Of a DNA stretch of 64,000 nt, positions 1 to 9,563 are shown in pieces. The notes beneath the pieces were generated by a model. The model was not told where the DNA came from. It did no database searches and saw nothing but the letters and a program-made list of their open reading frames with translations. Numbering within the stretch: the first letter of the stretch is position 1; the number at the start of each line of letters is the position of its first letter. The stretch comes from a virus. Both the position numbers and the translations under genes were made by a program. The DNA lies in IMG/VR virus record IMGVR_UViG_3300027746_000016, positions 1-64,000 of that record, one strand, 5' to 3'.

Positions 1-2
1 TA

Positions 3-374
3 GATGAAACTAGAGGATCTGGGTCTTTAAATTTCTTGGTAACCCATAGAGTTTTAGCCTGCAAACCGGCCGTATTACAACTTTTAATGAATCACGGTGC
101 TAAATTTGATGATGTATTTTTTCTTGGCCGGGCTGAGAGTAAATCAGTAATTGTTAGCAAGATTATATTAGATCACGTAAATATTAAAGCGGTAACAATA
201 TACGAAGATTCGCTATTTGAAATTATAAAATATACTGAAGAATTTACTAAGTCTGGATTAATTGATAAAGTCCGGTTTAAATTCGTAGATAAGAGTAAAA
301 TAATAACATTAGATACCAGTGCAGTAAAATCACTGACCTCAGCATATAAACTAGATAAACTTAAGTTAGAATGA
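3..374 (+). CDS. HAD-superfamily phosphatase-like protein, 5'-partial
   Basis: The frame is open from the window edge (DETRGSGSLNFLVTHR...). It has an LVTHR motif II-like segment, a Lys, and an IYEDS motif IV-like segment. Confidence 0.5.
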   Translation, partial: DETRGSGSLNFLVTHRVLACKPAVLQLLMNHGAKFDDVFFLGRAESKSVIVSKIILDHVNIKAVTIYEDSLFEIIKYTEEFTKSGLIDKVRFKFVDKSKIITLDTSAVKSLTSAYKLDKLKLE

Positions 375-979
375 TACTATTCATAGAAGGTCCCAGACAC
401 TCAGGTAAAACCTACTTAATAAACAATTTTTTATCAGTATGTAATGATCCTAGAATAGAATATTATAAATTTTATTTTGCAAATCACATAAAAATGCTGG
501 ATTTAGTTAAGCTTGATGATTCTGCAGCCCTTCACTATTTTAGTCTAGGTAATATCATGACAATTATGGAAATGAATTTAAGGCCAGAATATAGAGATAA
601 AATCTGGATATTTGATAGAGCAATTTTATCTGCCTATGCTTGGGCAATACTTAGAGGCAGACTATCAAGCGAGTCAGCCAAGCGCGAATATTCAAAATTA
701 GTTAGTTCAGAGCTATTTAGTAATTGTAAAACATTAATGGTATCAGTTACACAACAGACTGATGATATAACCCGAGTTAAAGACACTTGGGATGGAATTC
801 ACTCAACCTCCGAAGAACAAGACCTATTAATTAGGCTATTTAATTATGAATTCGGTAATTTAAATGATCAGAGTAAGCTAAATTTAAGTTCAAATATAGT
901 TAATAATTTTGATATAAATTCAACCAGTGAGTTTAATATTGAATGTTTTAAACTTTTAGGAATAGCGGCTAATAAATAA
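371..979 (+). CDS. P-loop nucleoside monophosphate kinase (dTMP/dNMP kinase-like)
   Basis: N-terminal IEGPRHSGKT Walker A and IFDRA motif. ATGA overlap with the upstream gene. Confidence 0.7.
   Translation: MILFIEGPRHSGKTYLINNFLSVCNDPRIEYYKFYFANHIKMLDLVKLDDSAALHYFSLGNIMTIMEMNLRPEYRDKIWIFDRAILSAYAWAILRGRLSSESAKREYSKLVSSELFSNCKTLMVSVTQQTDDITRVKDTWDGIHSTSEEQDLLIRLFNYEFGNLNDQSKLNLSSNIVNNFDINSTSEFNIECFKLLGIAANK
970..979 (+). promoter_or_regulatory. late-type promoter TAATAAATAA
   Basis: The same motif recurs upstream of many structural genes and resembles the T4 late promoter TATAAATA. This copy overlaps the stop codon of the preceding gene. Confidence 0.55.
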
Positions 980-996
980 TAAAAAAGTAATATATA

Positions 997-1416
997 ATGA
1001 AAGTTATTAAAAATTTTATAAATTATATTAATGAGTCGTCTGATTCGGATAAGAAATTAATTGACAAAATATTTCGCATATTACCGGCTAGTAGAAAAAC
1101 AGTAGATTGGGATCACCGAGGCCGACTATATCTTCCATCAGTCAATGGAGAAGATTCAAAGGTTCATATTTTATCAAGAGCAGATATGTCGGACTGGGAA
1201 TCTGAGTTTATGGAAATGTATGGCGAAACTCCTAGATATAAAGTAGAATTAACTGATAAAGATCTAGACTATAATGACTTTCACCACATTAATGATGTTC
1301 AGTCAGTTAAGATTGAAATTACAAATGAAATTTTTAAAGAAAAAAAGGACCGTTTTTCAAGAGGTAAAAGCAAATTTTTAAATGATCCAGATTTTCCAAA
1401 TTCTTCAAAAGATTAA
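997..1416 (+). CDS. hypothetical protein, probable internal head protein
   Basis: N-terminus MKVIKNFINYINES resembles the T4 capsid-targeting sequence MKTYQEFIAE. Confidence 0.6.
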   Translation: MKVIKNFINYINESSDSDKKLIDKIFRILPASRKTVDWDHRGRLYLPSVNGEDSKVHILSRADMSDWESEFMEMYGETPRYKVELTDKDLDYNDFHHINDVQSVKIEITNEIFKEKKDRFSRGKSKFLNDPDFPNSSKD

Positions 1417-1419
1417 ATT

Positions 1420-4400
1420 ATGGCAGGACTATCACACTTAAGAGACGTTTATGATAAGCGAGGTAAGGACTTTTTAGAAGGCTTACTAAATAAAACGGTT
1501 ATTGTAAATGAAAAAATGGATGGAGCATTTTTTGGTGCTCAAAAAAATCCTGAAACTAATAAATTTAAATACTTTAAAAGAAATGCGGAAATTACGCATA
1601 TTGACCGGGTGCTTAGTAAATACTATGAGCCTGCGATTAAACATTTTGATGGGCTTGACTCTAATACAGTTTCACAAATTCCAAACAATTACCATTTTGG
1701 TATGGAATGGTTTACCAGCCCAAAGGCTCAAACTATTGCATACGATAGACTTCCAAAAAATGGCTTGATACTTAGTTATATTCATATATTAGATGAATCG
1801 GGCCAAATATCAGAGACCGTTCAAGATAAAGAAACTCTTGATAAATGGGCCGGTATTTTAAATATTGAACCACCGCCAATTGTATTTCAGGGTAAATTAA
1901 CCGATTTTCAAAAAGAAAAAGTTCAAGAATTTATCTACACTCCGTTTTCTGAATTGGTTGATCGATTTAAAACAACATCATTTACTAAATATATTATATC
2001 GGTATTAAATCCTGAGATGGGAGCCTCTTTTCTTAGGGATACGCTAGACCAAGATATTGAAGGTTTGGTATTTAGATTTTACGATCCAAAAAATAAATCT
2101 GAGGATTCTGTATTTTTAGCTAAATTGGTAGATCCAGTATTTCAGGCAAATGCAAAACAAAAAGCACAAGACCGGGTTCAAAAAAAATCAGATGACTATA
2201 TTTGGATTATTGTAATTGACTTAATGAATTTTATTGAGAGAAATTCAGTTAGTGAGCTTAGATCAATAAAGCTATCTGGTAAGTCGTATGAAGAGCGCTA
2301 TATTTCATTGGTTAATCATATTTATTTAAATTTTATTTCTGAGTTTGGAGAAAAATACACAGATTTAGATATTCAAATTCCTGAGTTTTTACAGAGAGAA
2401 GAATTTGGTGTTAATTTTAAAATGATTAATAATAATAAGGTTACTAAAATACTTGAATCAAATCATAATTTTAAAGAAATTTACCGAATTTTCTTAAATA
2501 TCTTTAGAAAAAAGTCAGTACGCGTTAGCTCAACATTCTTTACTAAAGAGATGCGAGCCAACTTAGTTTCTCAAATTAATAAACTAAGTAATGTAATACT
2601 AGGAGATTCAGTTTTTGAAAATTATTTTCCAACCTTTGGCGAATTTGTAGGAGAAGATAAAGATCCTGGATATTTTGAAAGTTATGCAGAAATTCCTGAG
2701 GAGAAAAAAAAAGCCAAACGGGTAAACGTAATAATTTCTGACTTTCAACCAATTCACCCAGGCCATATTAAGTCTGCACAAAAGTTATTTGATACAAACG
2801 GTCTGCCGTGTCTATTTGCATGCATTCATAGTGGATCAACAAATAAGTCTAAACCATTTAAAAAAGAAACAGTTTCTAATATTTTAGCTAAATTGGTAAA
2901 TCAACACCCAAGTTTTATTACAGGTTGGGTAATAGTATCTGATAATGAAGTTGAGAATCTGTTAAGAGAAATTAAACCTGCATATGATCCAGTTATTGTA
3001 GCTGCATCTAAGAATAGAATAAAAGATATTGCTCTACAGTTAGAATTAGCAAGAAAAAGGTCACGAAATTTAAATTTTAAAAAGGATTTGAAATTAATTG
3101 AATTGCCACCAGCCGGCCTAAAAGATTCAATTATGAAACACATTAAAAATCAAGACTATCTTAATTTTAAAGTAGATGCCCCAAATGAAATTCATTCTGA
3201 GTTTTTTAATATGAATAGGGATATGAATGAGTCTGTAAATGAAGCAGTTGAGGCAAGCTTTGCAAATGAAGGTCCTCAGTCAGACGAGTCAATTGCTGAC
3301 GTTGTTAAAAAACTTACTGATCTAAAAGAAACGCGCCCTGCTCAATATCCTGAATTAATTAATTTAATTAACCGAAGAATCGATGCGTTAACTATGGATA
3401 CACGTGAGCTAATTATTAAAGAAATTATAGCCCGACAATATAATAAAGTTGATTCAGATAAATTTTATAGCACGCTACTAGATACGTCAGTGCCGGTATC
3501 TGATATTAAGTCATTTAGCGAGTATATACAAAATGGTGGAGGTTATGATTTAAAAGATGAGATTGATAAAGATAAGACTATTATATTAGAAGCTAGCAAT
3601 TTTAAAGCTAGCAATTTTGAAATGTCAGAAGATATGTTTAGAGAAATTATTAGTTATAAGCTAATAGGCGAAACAGGAAAAGGCGAATTATCTGCTATTT
3701 TATTTAAGACTGGAAAAAAGCAAAGTGTGGCAGGTGATATTAATATAAATGAGAAAAAAATTGAAGTAAAGGCATACGATGGAAAGCTTCAAAATACTTC
3801 AGTCGGTAATAATTATGCAGATGCAAGCAGTAATGTGATGGGTGTCAAATTAGAAGAACTTAAAGACCTAATTAAGGAGGCTGCTGCGACTACGGTAATT
3901 GATGCCACTGCCGGCCTGGATGAACTTACTGCGCAAGTAGATGAGGAGAAAAAAGAAATTAATCTGAGCTCGATTACATCGAAAGATTTAAATATTGGTA
4001 CTACAAAGTTAAGAGAGAGTTGGTTAACACTAAAAAACATTGCTAGTGAGAGCGGTCTTTCTGATATTAAATTTGCTGAGTGGTTTGCCGGTATATTTTA
4101 TGGAGGAATTTGGAAAACCGAAACCGGTTATAGCCCGGTTTTAGTGACTCAACTTAAAAAAGAAACTGAAGATTATTTTGGAAAAAACACCCGCACTAAG
4201 GAGGAGGCTCAAAGTTTTTTAAATAAATTAGGGTGGCACTCTTTACGATATTATCAAAAATGTGATAACTTTGATAAATTATTATATGTAAATATTAATA
4301 ATAAAGAAAATAGTATTATTATTTATGATCCGCTGAAGGCTACTGAATCTGAATTTAGTGAAAGGTTTAGAATTTTAAATGGTCCAAGCTGGACAGATGC

Positions 4401-4461
4401 CCGAAGTAATAGCAGTTTTAGATTAAGAGCTAAATCCGAACCATCCGAACCATCTATCTAA
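1420..4461 (+). CDS. multidomain protein: ATP-dependent ligase-fold nucleotidyltransferase, HxGH (cytidylyltransferase-like) domain, C-terminal PD-(D/E)xK nuclease-like domain
   Basis: NEKMDG (KxDG), GMEWF, EGLVF and AKLVD ligase motifs; DFQPIHPGH; GKGE...GDI...IEVK. Confidence 0.65.
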   Translation: MAGLSHLRDVYDKRGKDFLEGLLNKTVIVNEKMDGAFFGAQKNPETNKFKYFKRNAEITHIDRVLSKYYEPAIKHFDGLDSNTVSQIPNNYHFGMEWFTSPKAQTIAYDRLPKNGLILSYIHILDESGQISETVQDKETLDKWAGILNIEPPPIVFQGKLTDFQKEKVQEFIYTPFSELVDRFKTTSFTKYIISVLNPEMGASFLRDTLDQDIEGLVFRFYDPKNKSEDSVFLAKLVDPVFQANAKQKAQDRVQKKSDDYIWIIVIDLMNFIERNSVSELRSIKLSGKSYEERYISLVNHIYLNFISEFGEKYTDLDIQIPEFLQREEFGVNFKMINNNKVTKILESNHNFKEIYRIFLNIFRKKSVRVSSTFFTKEMRANLVSQINKLSNVILGDSVFENYFPTFGEFVGEDKDPGYFESYAEIPEEKKKAKRVNVIISDFQPIHPGHIKSAQKLFDTNGLPCLFACIHSGSTNKSKPFKKETVSNILAKLVNQHPSFITGWVIVSDNEVENLLREIKPAYDPVIVAASKNRIKDIALQLELARKRSRNLNFKKDLKLIELPPAGLKDSIMKHIKNQDYLNFKVDAPNEIHSEFFNMNRDMNESVNEAVEASFANEGPQSDESIADVVKKLTDLKETRPAQYPELINLINRRIDALTMDTRELIIKEIIARQYNKVDSDKFYSTLLDTSVPVSDIKSFSEYIQNGGGYDLKDEIDKDKTIILEASNFKASNFEMSEDMFREIISYKLIGETGKGELSAILFKTGKKQSVAGDININEKKIEVKAYDGKLQNTSVGNNYADASSNVMGVKLEELKDLIKEAAATTVIDATAGLDELTAQVDEEKKEINLSSITSKDLNIGTTKLRESWLTLKNIASESGLSDIKFAEWFAGIFYGGIWKTETGYSPVLVTQLKKETEDYFGKNTRTKEEAQSFLNKLGWHSLRYYQKCDNFDKLLYVNINNKENSIIIYDPLKATESEFSERFRILNGPSWTDARSNSSFRLRAKSEPSEPSI

Positions 4462-4480
4462 TTATTTTTGTCTTTTTCAT

Positions 4481-4490
4481 TAATAAATAA
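4481..4490 (+). promoter_or_regulatory. late-type promoter TAATAAATAA
   Basis: Exact motif 6 nt upstream of the ATG at 4497. Confidence 0.55.
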
Positions 4491-4496
4491 CATAGT

Positions 4497-4679
4497 ATGG
4501 AAAAGACTCATAAAAACGCTGAAAATTGGAGAAATGGTAAAGAGCCGTTAAGAAATGCGGTTATGCAGCATCCTGAAGGAAATGACGTATATGATTACTT
4601 GCAAAAGAATATTGAACGTAATTTCTGGGTGACCCCATTTAAATCCTGGGAAAAGCGACAAAAATTACGTAAATCATAA
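4497..4679 (+). CDS. small hypothetical protein
   Basis: Follows the promoter motif; TAATG coupling to the next gene. Confidence 0.6.
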   Translation: MEKTHKNAENWRNGKEPLRNAVMQHPEGNDVYDYLQKNIERNFWVTPFKSWEKRQKLRKS

Positions 4680-5098
4680 TGTTTGGAATGGAAGACTTAA
4701 CAGAGCCACAAGGTCAATCTGAGGTAACTATTAGCTATTTTATGCTATCTTTATTACAGATAGCTGATCAGTCAAAAATATTACATTGGCAAACAGATTA
4801 TGATACTGAACATCGTCATTTTGGACTGTTTTATGAAACCTTTATTGAGCAAATGGATACTCTAATTGAAGCTATTGCTGGTAAATACGGTAAGCATACC
4901 CTTAAATTTGGTGAAGCCGCAATTACAGTTGGAGATTATGAATTAAATCGTGACTCTTTCTTTAAACAGGTTGACTATATTTTTCGTGAAAACTTTAGTC
5001 AATTATTTGATAGAGAAACTGACTCTGAACTATATAATTTAGCGGATGAGATTTTAGATCTTAAAAATAAAGTGCAGTATTTATTGCAACTACGATAA
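4679..5098 (+). CDS. ferritin/Dps-like four-helix-bundle protein
   Basis: KILHWQT...EHRHFGLFYE...MDTLIE Dps-like pattern. Confidence 0.65.
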   Translation: MFGMEDLTEPQGQSEVTISYFMLSLLQIADQSKILHWQTDYDTEHRHFGLFYETFIEQMDTLIEAIAGKYGKHTLKFGEAAITVGDYELNRDSFFKQVDYIFRENFSQLFDRETDSELYNLADEILDLKNKVQYLLQLR

Positions 5099-5099
5099 T

Positions 5100-6584
5100 A
5101 TGTTTATAAAAGTAAAACGTTTTCAGCACGTAGAGTCATTACTATTAGAGGCACAAACAATTGAGCTAAATACTAAATTTGATGCAGCAATCGCTGACTT
5201 TACCAAAAACACGGCAGCACCGGATTACACAAAATTTGATAATTTAATTGTATCCATGTTAGATTTACAAATTGAAAATCACCAAGCATTTATTAATAAG
5301 TTTGGAGAAGATAAAGCTGCTAATTTAATTACTGGCTATTTAGGATATTGTGATGCTCGGTTAAAAGCATTAACTACAAAGATTGTAACTGAATACCAGA
5401 GTGGTGTTCCAGATTTAGAAGAAATTAAAAACAATCAAGAATTGTTAGGAGTTATGAATGCTAGAATTGATAAGTTAACTACGATCTATGAAGAATTAAA
5501 GATTAGAAATCCTAGTAGTCAAATAATTGCAGGGATTACTCAAAAAATAAAAGACGTTACAAAGACTGTGGTTGACTCAATGGACTCAGTACTTTATGGA
5601 ATAAGCTTAACTGTAAAAAAAGGACAAACTGATATGGCAGCGGCCGTAACCGATGAAGAAAAGCTGAAATTTGCAAACTTAACATTTAATAAATTTAATA
5701 CATTAGTGCTATATTCAAAGAGCTTGCCTGGCAAATACCAACAAGAAATTAACAGTGCAAAGGTTGAAGCTGACAGTAACATAGAACGAGCTACGGGTAT
5801 GGATCCTAATCAACTATCACAAGCTATTAACTTGACTGGAGAAATTAAACTGAAAATTGCTAAACTCCAAATGACTAATTGGAAAACAGTTGAGGAACTT
5901 GAACTTGAGTATGAACAAATTAAGAGTCAAATTAATTCGTTAAAAGGAACAGGTGCTGAACCTAATATTGAAATTTTAACTGAGCAATTAGAGATTGATG
6001 TTAATATTATTCGTGAAAAAATAAAAGATAAATCGCTTGATCTAGATAAAACCAAAGGAATTCATTTTGATTTTAATATAAAATTAAAATTATATGAAAA
6101 AACAGTGTTACCGGTAACCGGTCAACAAATTGCGGATAATTCAAAAATTACTAAATTTAAAAACGCGCTAGTCTCATTTCTTTCATTTCTTGGAACACCA
6201 GAACCATATACTCCACGCGAGCAAGCATTGTCTAATCTAGGAAAGAAAATACATGATACCTATGCAAAGGTTTTAAATACATCGGCTAAGTTTATTGGAA
6301 AAGCACTAGGCGGTAAAGAAGGAAAATTAAAGGCTGACGGTCTCTCTAGAATTTTTATTCCTAACACCGACGTATTAGATAAAAAACCGGTAGCTGAAGA
6401 ATTAGGAGCAGGTTCAGCTCCAGGATTAAGCGTACAGGTGCCGGGCTCAATTGGTTCAATGGGGCCAATTACTCCGCCTACCCAAACAACATTTGGTTCA
6501 GGAGATAATTTTTCACCAAAAAAGAAAAAATCCAAGTCTAAAATTCTTGGATTTAGTGAATACTTAAAAGAGAATAAATTTTAA
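5100..6584 (+). CDS. hypothetical helical/coiled-coil protein
   Basis: 494-aa ORF in the operon. N-terminal KRFQHVESLLLE and C-terminal ILGFSEYLKE motifs. Confidence 0.75.
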   Translation: MFIKVKRFQHVESLLLEAQTIELNTKFDAAIADFTKNTAAPDYTKFDNLIVSMLDLQIENHQAFINKFGEDKAANLITGYLGYCDARLKALTTKIVTEYQSGVPDLEEIKNNQELLGVMNARIDKLTTIYEELKIRNPSSQIIAGITQKIKDVTKTVVDSMDSVLYGISLTVKKGQTDMAAAVTDEEKLKFANLTFNKFNTLVLYSKSLPGKYQQEINSAKVEADSNIERATGMDPNQLSQAINLTGEIKLKIAKLQMTNWKTVEELELEYEQIKSQINSLKGTGAEPNIEILTEQLEIDVNIIREKIKDKSLDLDKTKGIHFDFNIKLKLYEKTVLPVTGQQIADNSKITKFKNALVSFLSFLGTPEPYTPREQALSNLGKKIHDTYAKVLNTSAKFIGKALGGKEGKLKADGLSRIFIPNTDVLDKKPVAEELGAGSAPGLSVQVPGSIGSMGPITPPTQTTFGSGDNFSPKKKKSKSKILGFSEYLKENKF

Positions 6585-6599
6585 AAAATAATAATAATA

Positions 6600-7052
6600 A
6601 TGAAAAATTTAATAAAAACATTTGAATCATTTGATCATAATTCCAAATTAGGAAATATTGAAATTGAGCAAGAATCACATCATGAAGTTAATCACTACAT
6701 GTTTTTTGGTAATCTTGAAACAATTAAGAGATATGTTGATGCAATGTTAGAAATGGATCCTGTTACAGTTAACGAATTATTAGATAATGGTCATGATTGG
6801 GCAGCCGATCATATTGCAACATCAAAGGATGATATTGAAGAGGTTGCAAATTTCCTTATGAATAAAATGCACGAGTCACCTGATTCAGAAGATGAAATGT
6901 TTGAATATGATGAATCCTATGAATCCGATAAATACGTTGGTGAGAAATACTCATGTAATGAGTGCGGTATGACTTATGACGGCAGTATGTATGAAGACAG
7001 TGAACCGACTTCAGTATGCGAAGCTTGTGGAGGTAGAGTTACACGAATGTAA
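6600..7052 (+). CDS. hypothetical acidic protein with C-terminal Zn ribbon
   Basis: CNECG...CEACGG; N-terminal IKTFESF. Confidence 0.7.
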   Translation: MKNLIKTFESFDHNSKLGNIEIEQESHHEVNHYMFFGNLETIKRYVDAMLEMDPVTVNELLDNGHDWAADHIATSKDDIEEVANFLMNKMHESPDSEDEMFEYDESYESDKYVGEKYSCNECGMTYDGSMYEDSEPTSVCEACGGRVTRM

Positions 7053-7058
7053 TTAGCT

Positions 7059-7613
7059 ATGATAAATCCCCGTATAATTTCTGAAAATTTAAAGTACCAT
7101 ATAGAGCGTGGAATGTCAGTGGCCGAGTCTATTTTTAGACCAGGCAGTACTGCACATATTCAGCTATTAGTTGAGGCTCGTAGTCAATTTGACGCTGGTG
7201 AAATGAATTTTACTGGAGTTGATACAATTTTATTTATTGAAACTGATCTAGGTAAAACTGATATTTTTAATGGTAAAATAGTTGCACTCGATTTTCCAAT
7301 TGAAGAATTTGAGTTATATGAGGCACAGTATCATGGAAAAGAGGTTAGGTTAGGATATCCGCAACGAGGCGGAGCAAAAAAATATCACGTTTTTGTAAAA
7401 GACCCAGCCTCTGGTAAAGTTAAAAAGATTGCCTTTGGTGATGTACACGGTGGATTAACTGCAAAAGTAAGTAATCCCAAAGCCAGAGCCTCTTTTGCTG
7501 CGCGTCATCAGTGTCATCTTAAAAAAGATAAAACAAAAGCTGGGTACTGGGCATGTAGAAGTAACAGATATGCTCATTTATGGGGAGGTAAAACCTATCC
7601 TGGATTCTGGTAA
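7059..7613 (+). CDS. conserved phage protein with basic C-terminal domain (family recalled from T4-like phages)
   Basis: KKYHVFVKDP..GKVKKIAFGD...ARASFAARHQC...KAGYWAC. Confidence 0.6.
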   Translation: MINPRIISENLKYHIERGMSVAESIFRPGSTAHIQLLVEARSQFDAGEMNFTGVDTILFIETDLGKTDIFNGKIVALDFPIEEFELYEAQYHGKEVRLGYPQRGGAKKYHVFVKDPASGKVKKIAFGDVHGGLTAKVSNPKARASFAARHQCHLKKDKTKAGYWACRSNRYAHLWGGKTYPGFW

Positions 7614-7630
7614 AAATAAAATAGAATAGT

Positions 7631-8422
7631 ATGAACTACCGACACACATTTGAAAGCAACAAAGATAAAAGTTTAGTAAGAGCAATTGCTGAAGACCTAC
7701 TTCCATATATACAAAAGATTAAAGATGAAACTGGAATCTATACAGTAGGTGAGTTTGAAAACTTAATGAGTGGCCGCGGCGGGGATATGGGATTAACTGA
7801 TGAAGTTATTTCAGAACTAGTAGATATGGGATTTGAATTTGATGAGGACCAGGATTCAGCAGGTTCTGAACCAGATAGTTTCGAAGGATATCCTGGAATA
7901 AAATATAGTCTAAATGAAAAAGGGACTAAATTAAGTGATAAAAAGAGTCCATACTTTAAAGGTTTAAACCCTGATCAAAAATCTAAAAAACAGGCTCAAA
8001 TGAAGCGTCAAGCTAAAATGAGTGATTCAGATTCAACTGCATATAAACCAATGGCTGGAGACCTAGATAAAAAAGGTAAGTTTAAAGGTTCAAAAGTTAA
8101 GAGCTCATATACTAAAGAGGTTAACCGTGATCTATCTGAAACTAAAGTTTTTAAATTTACAGAATGGATGCAAGTTAATGAATCAGGTCCAGCAGATACC
8201 TCATTAAAGGCAAAGGCCAAAAAATATAAAATGCCATTTGGTATATTAAAACAGGTATTTAATAGAGGCATGGCTGCCTGGAAAACAGGTCACCGACCTG
8301 GTCAAAGTCAACAGGCTTGGGCACATGCCCGAGTAAATTCGTTTGTTACAAGGTCAAGTGGAACTTGGGGCAAGGCGGATAAAGATTTAGCTCAAAAGGT
8401 AAGAGCATCCAAGAAAAAGTAA
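7631..8422 (+). CDS. modular hypothetical protein with DUF5824-like C-terminal domain
   Basis: LKQVFNRGMAAWKTGHRPG...WAHARVNSF, preceded by acidic and Lys-rich modules. Confidence 0.6.
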   Translation: MNYRHTFESNKDKSLVRAIAEDLLPYIQKIKDETGIYTVGEFENLMSGRGGDMGLTDEVISELVDMGFEFDEDQDSAGSEPDSFEGYPGIKYSLNEKGTKLSDKKSPYFKGLNPDQKSKKQAQMKRQAKMSDSDSTAYKPMAGDLDKKGKFKGSKVKSSYTKEVNRDLSETKVFKFTEWMQVNESGPADTSLKAKAKKYKMPFGILKQVFNRGMAAWKTGHRPGQSQQAWAHARVNSFVTRSSGTWGKADKDLAQKVRASKKK

Positions 8423-8431
8423 TCCATAATA

Positions 8432-9562
8432 GTGCAACACATATTACACTATATCGATTTTTTAAACGAGGCAGCAACCGAATCATTTTATCCAAATTAT
8501 TTTAATCTTCCATATGTTATTCCGGAAGATAGATTTAGAGATGGATTATTAAAAAATATAGATAGTCGTAAGGGAAAATCATTAACTAAACGAAACATTT
8601 CGTTAGATCGTGCTACATATCCAAATAAAGAAGCTTTCTTAGATGATGCTTCAATTTCTGCAATCGAGACCGGTGTTTATTCAACGATCAATAGAGTTAT
8701 TAAATTTATTGAAAATAATCCACTTACTGGAAAAACAATTAAAGCAAAATATTTATCTAATACTTCAATTAGTGAGTATTTAGAATCAGGCCTTGATGAA
8801 GATATTAACCTTGGTACAATTGAAACAAATTTGCCATTTTTTACCTTTGACATCCGAGTTGACTATGATATTTATAAAAATATTCCAGTTTTTACTTTTT
8901 GGGCAGATGGAGATCTTTTTTATTACTACACAATTTTTACATTGGAACCAAATGATGTTCTTGGTTCAGGAGAATTTCATACATATATTACGGCTGACGA
9001 ATTTATTAATAGCCTATTTTATGAGACTGTTTGGCGAGCAGCAATATCTGAGATATATGAAACAAATTATGAAATTTTTGAAAAACTAGGTTTTTCAGAA
9101 TCAACATATGAAATAGCAAGTAATTATAATTATCCTAGTAAAATAACAAATAATTATTTTAATAAAAAATTTGTAAGCCTATTAAAAACCTGGATATCTT
9201 CTGGCAACCTAGTATCTACAAATGGTAAACCGCCTATATTTGACGCACACACAGCAATTCCATCCTTTGCATTAATGAGTATGCCTGGAGAATTTGGAAA
9301 ACTTGTTAAAACTCAACCTGGACCGACTCAAAATAATTATACAATTCGACTACTACCAATTGATCAAAATAAATATTTAGCTCTTAAATTTATATTTAAT
9401 AATAACTATCTAATATCTATTGAATCTGCTAATTATTCTACTGGTTTTGATTGGGATTCAATTATATGGGAACCTTTATCTCAACACGAAGTAAATAAAT
9501 TATATTTTATTGACAATAACACCGGAAAAGCTATGTATATACAAAAATTTATGAAATCTTAA
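8432..9562 (+). CDS. hypothetical protein, probable internal head protein
   Basis: GTG start; ILHYIDFLNEA N-terminal motif. Confidence 0.7.
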   Translation: MQHILHYIDFLNEAATESFYPNYFNLPYVIPEDRFRDGLLKNIDSRKGKSLTKRNISLDRATYPNKEAFLDDASISAIETGVYSTINRVIKFIENNPLTGKTIKAKYLSNTSISEYLESGLDEDINLGTIETNLPFFTFDIRVDYDIYKNIPVFTFWADGDLFYYYTIFTLEPNDVLGSGEFHTYITADEFINSLFYETVWRAAISEIYETNYEIFEKLGFSESTYEIASNYNYPSKITNNYFNKKFVSLLKTWISSGNLVSTNGKPPIFDAHTAIPSFALMSMPGEFGKLVKTQPGPTQNNYTIRLLPIDQNKYLALKFIFNNNYLISIESANYSTGFDWDSIIWEPLSQHEVNKLYFIDNNTGKAMYIQKFMKS

Positions 9563-9563
9563 T

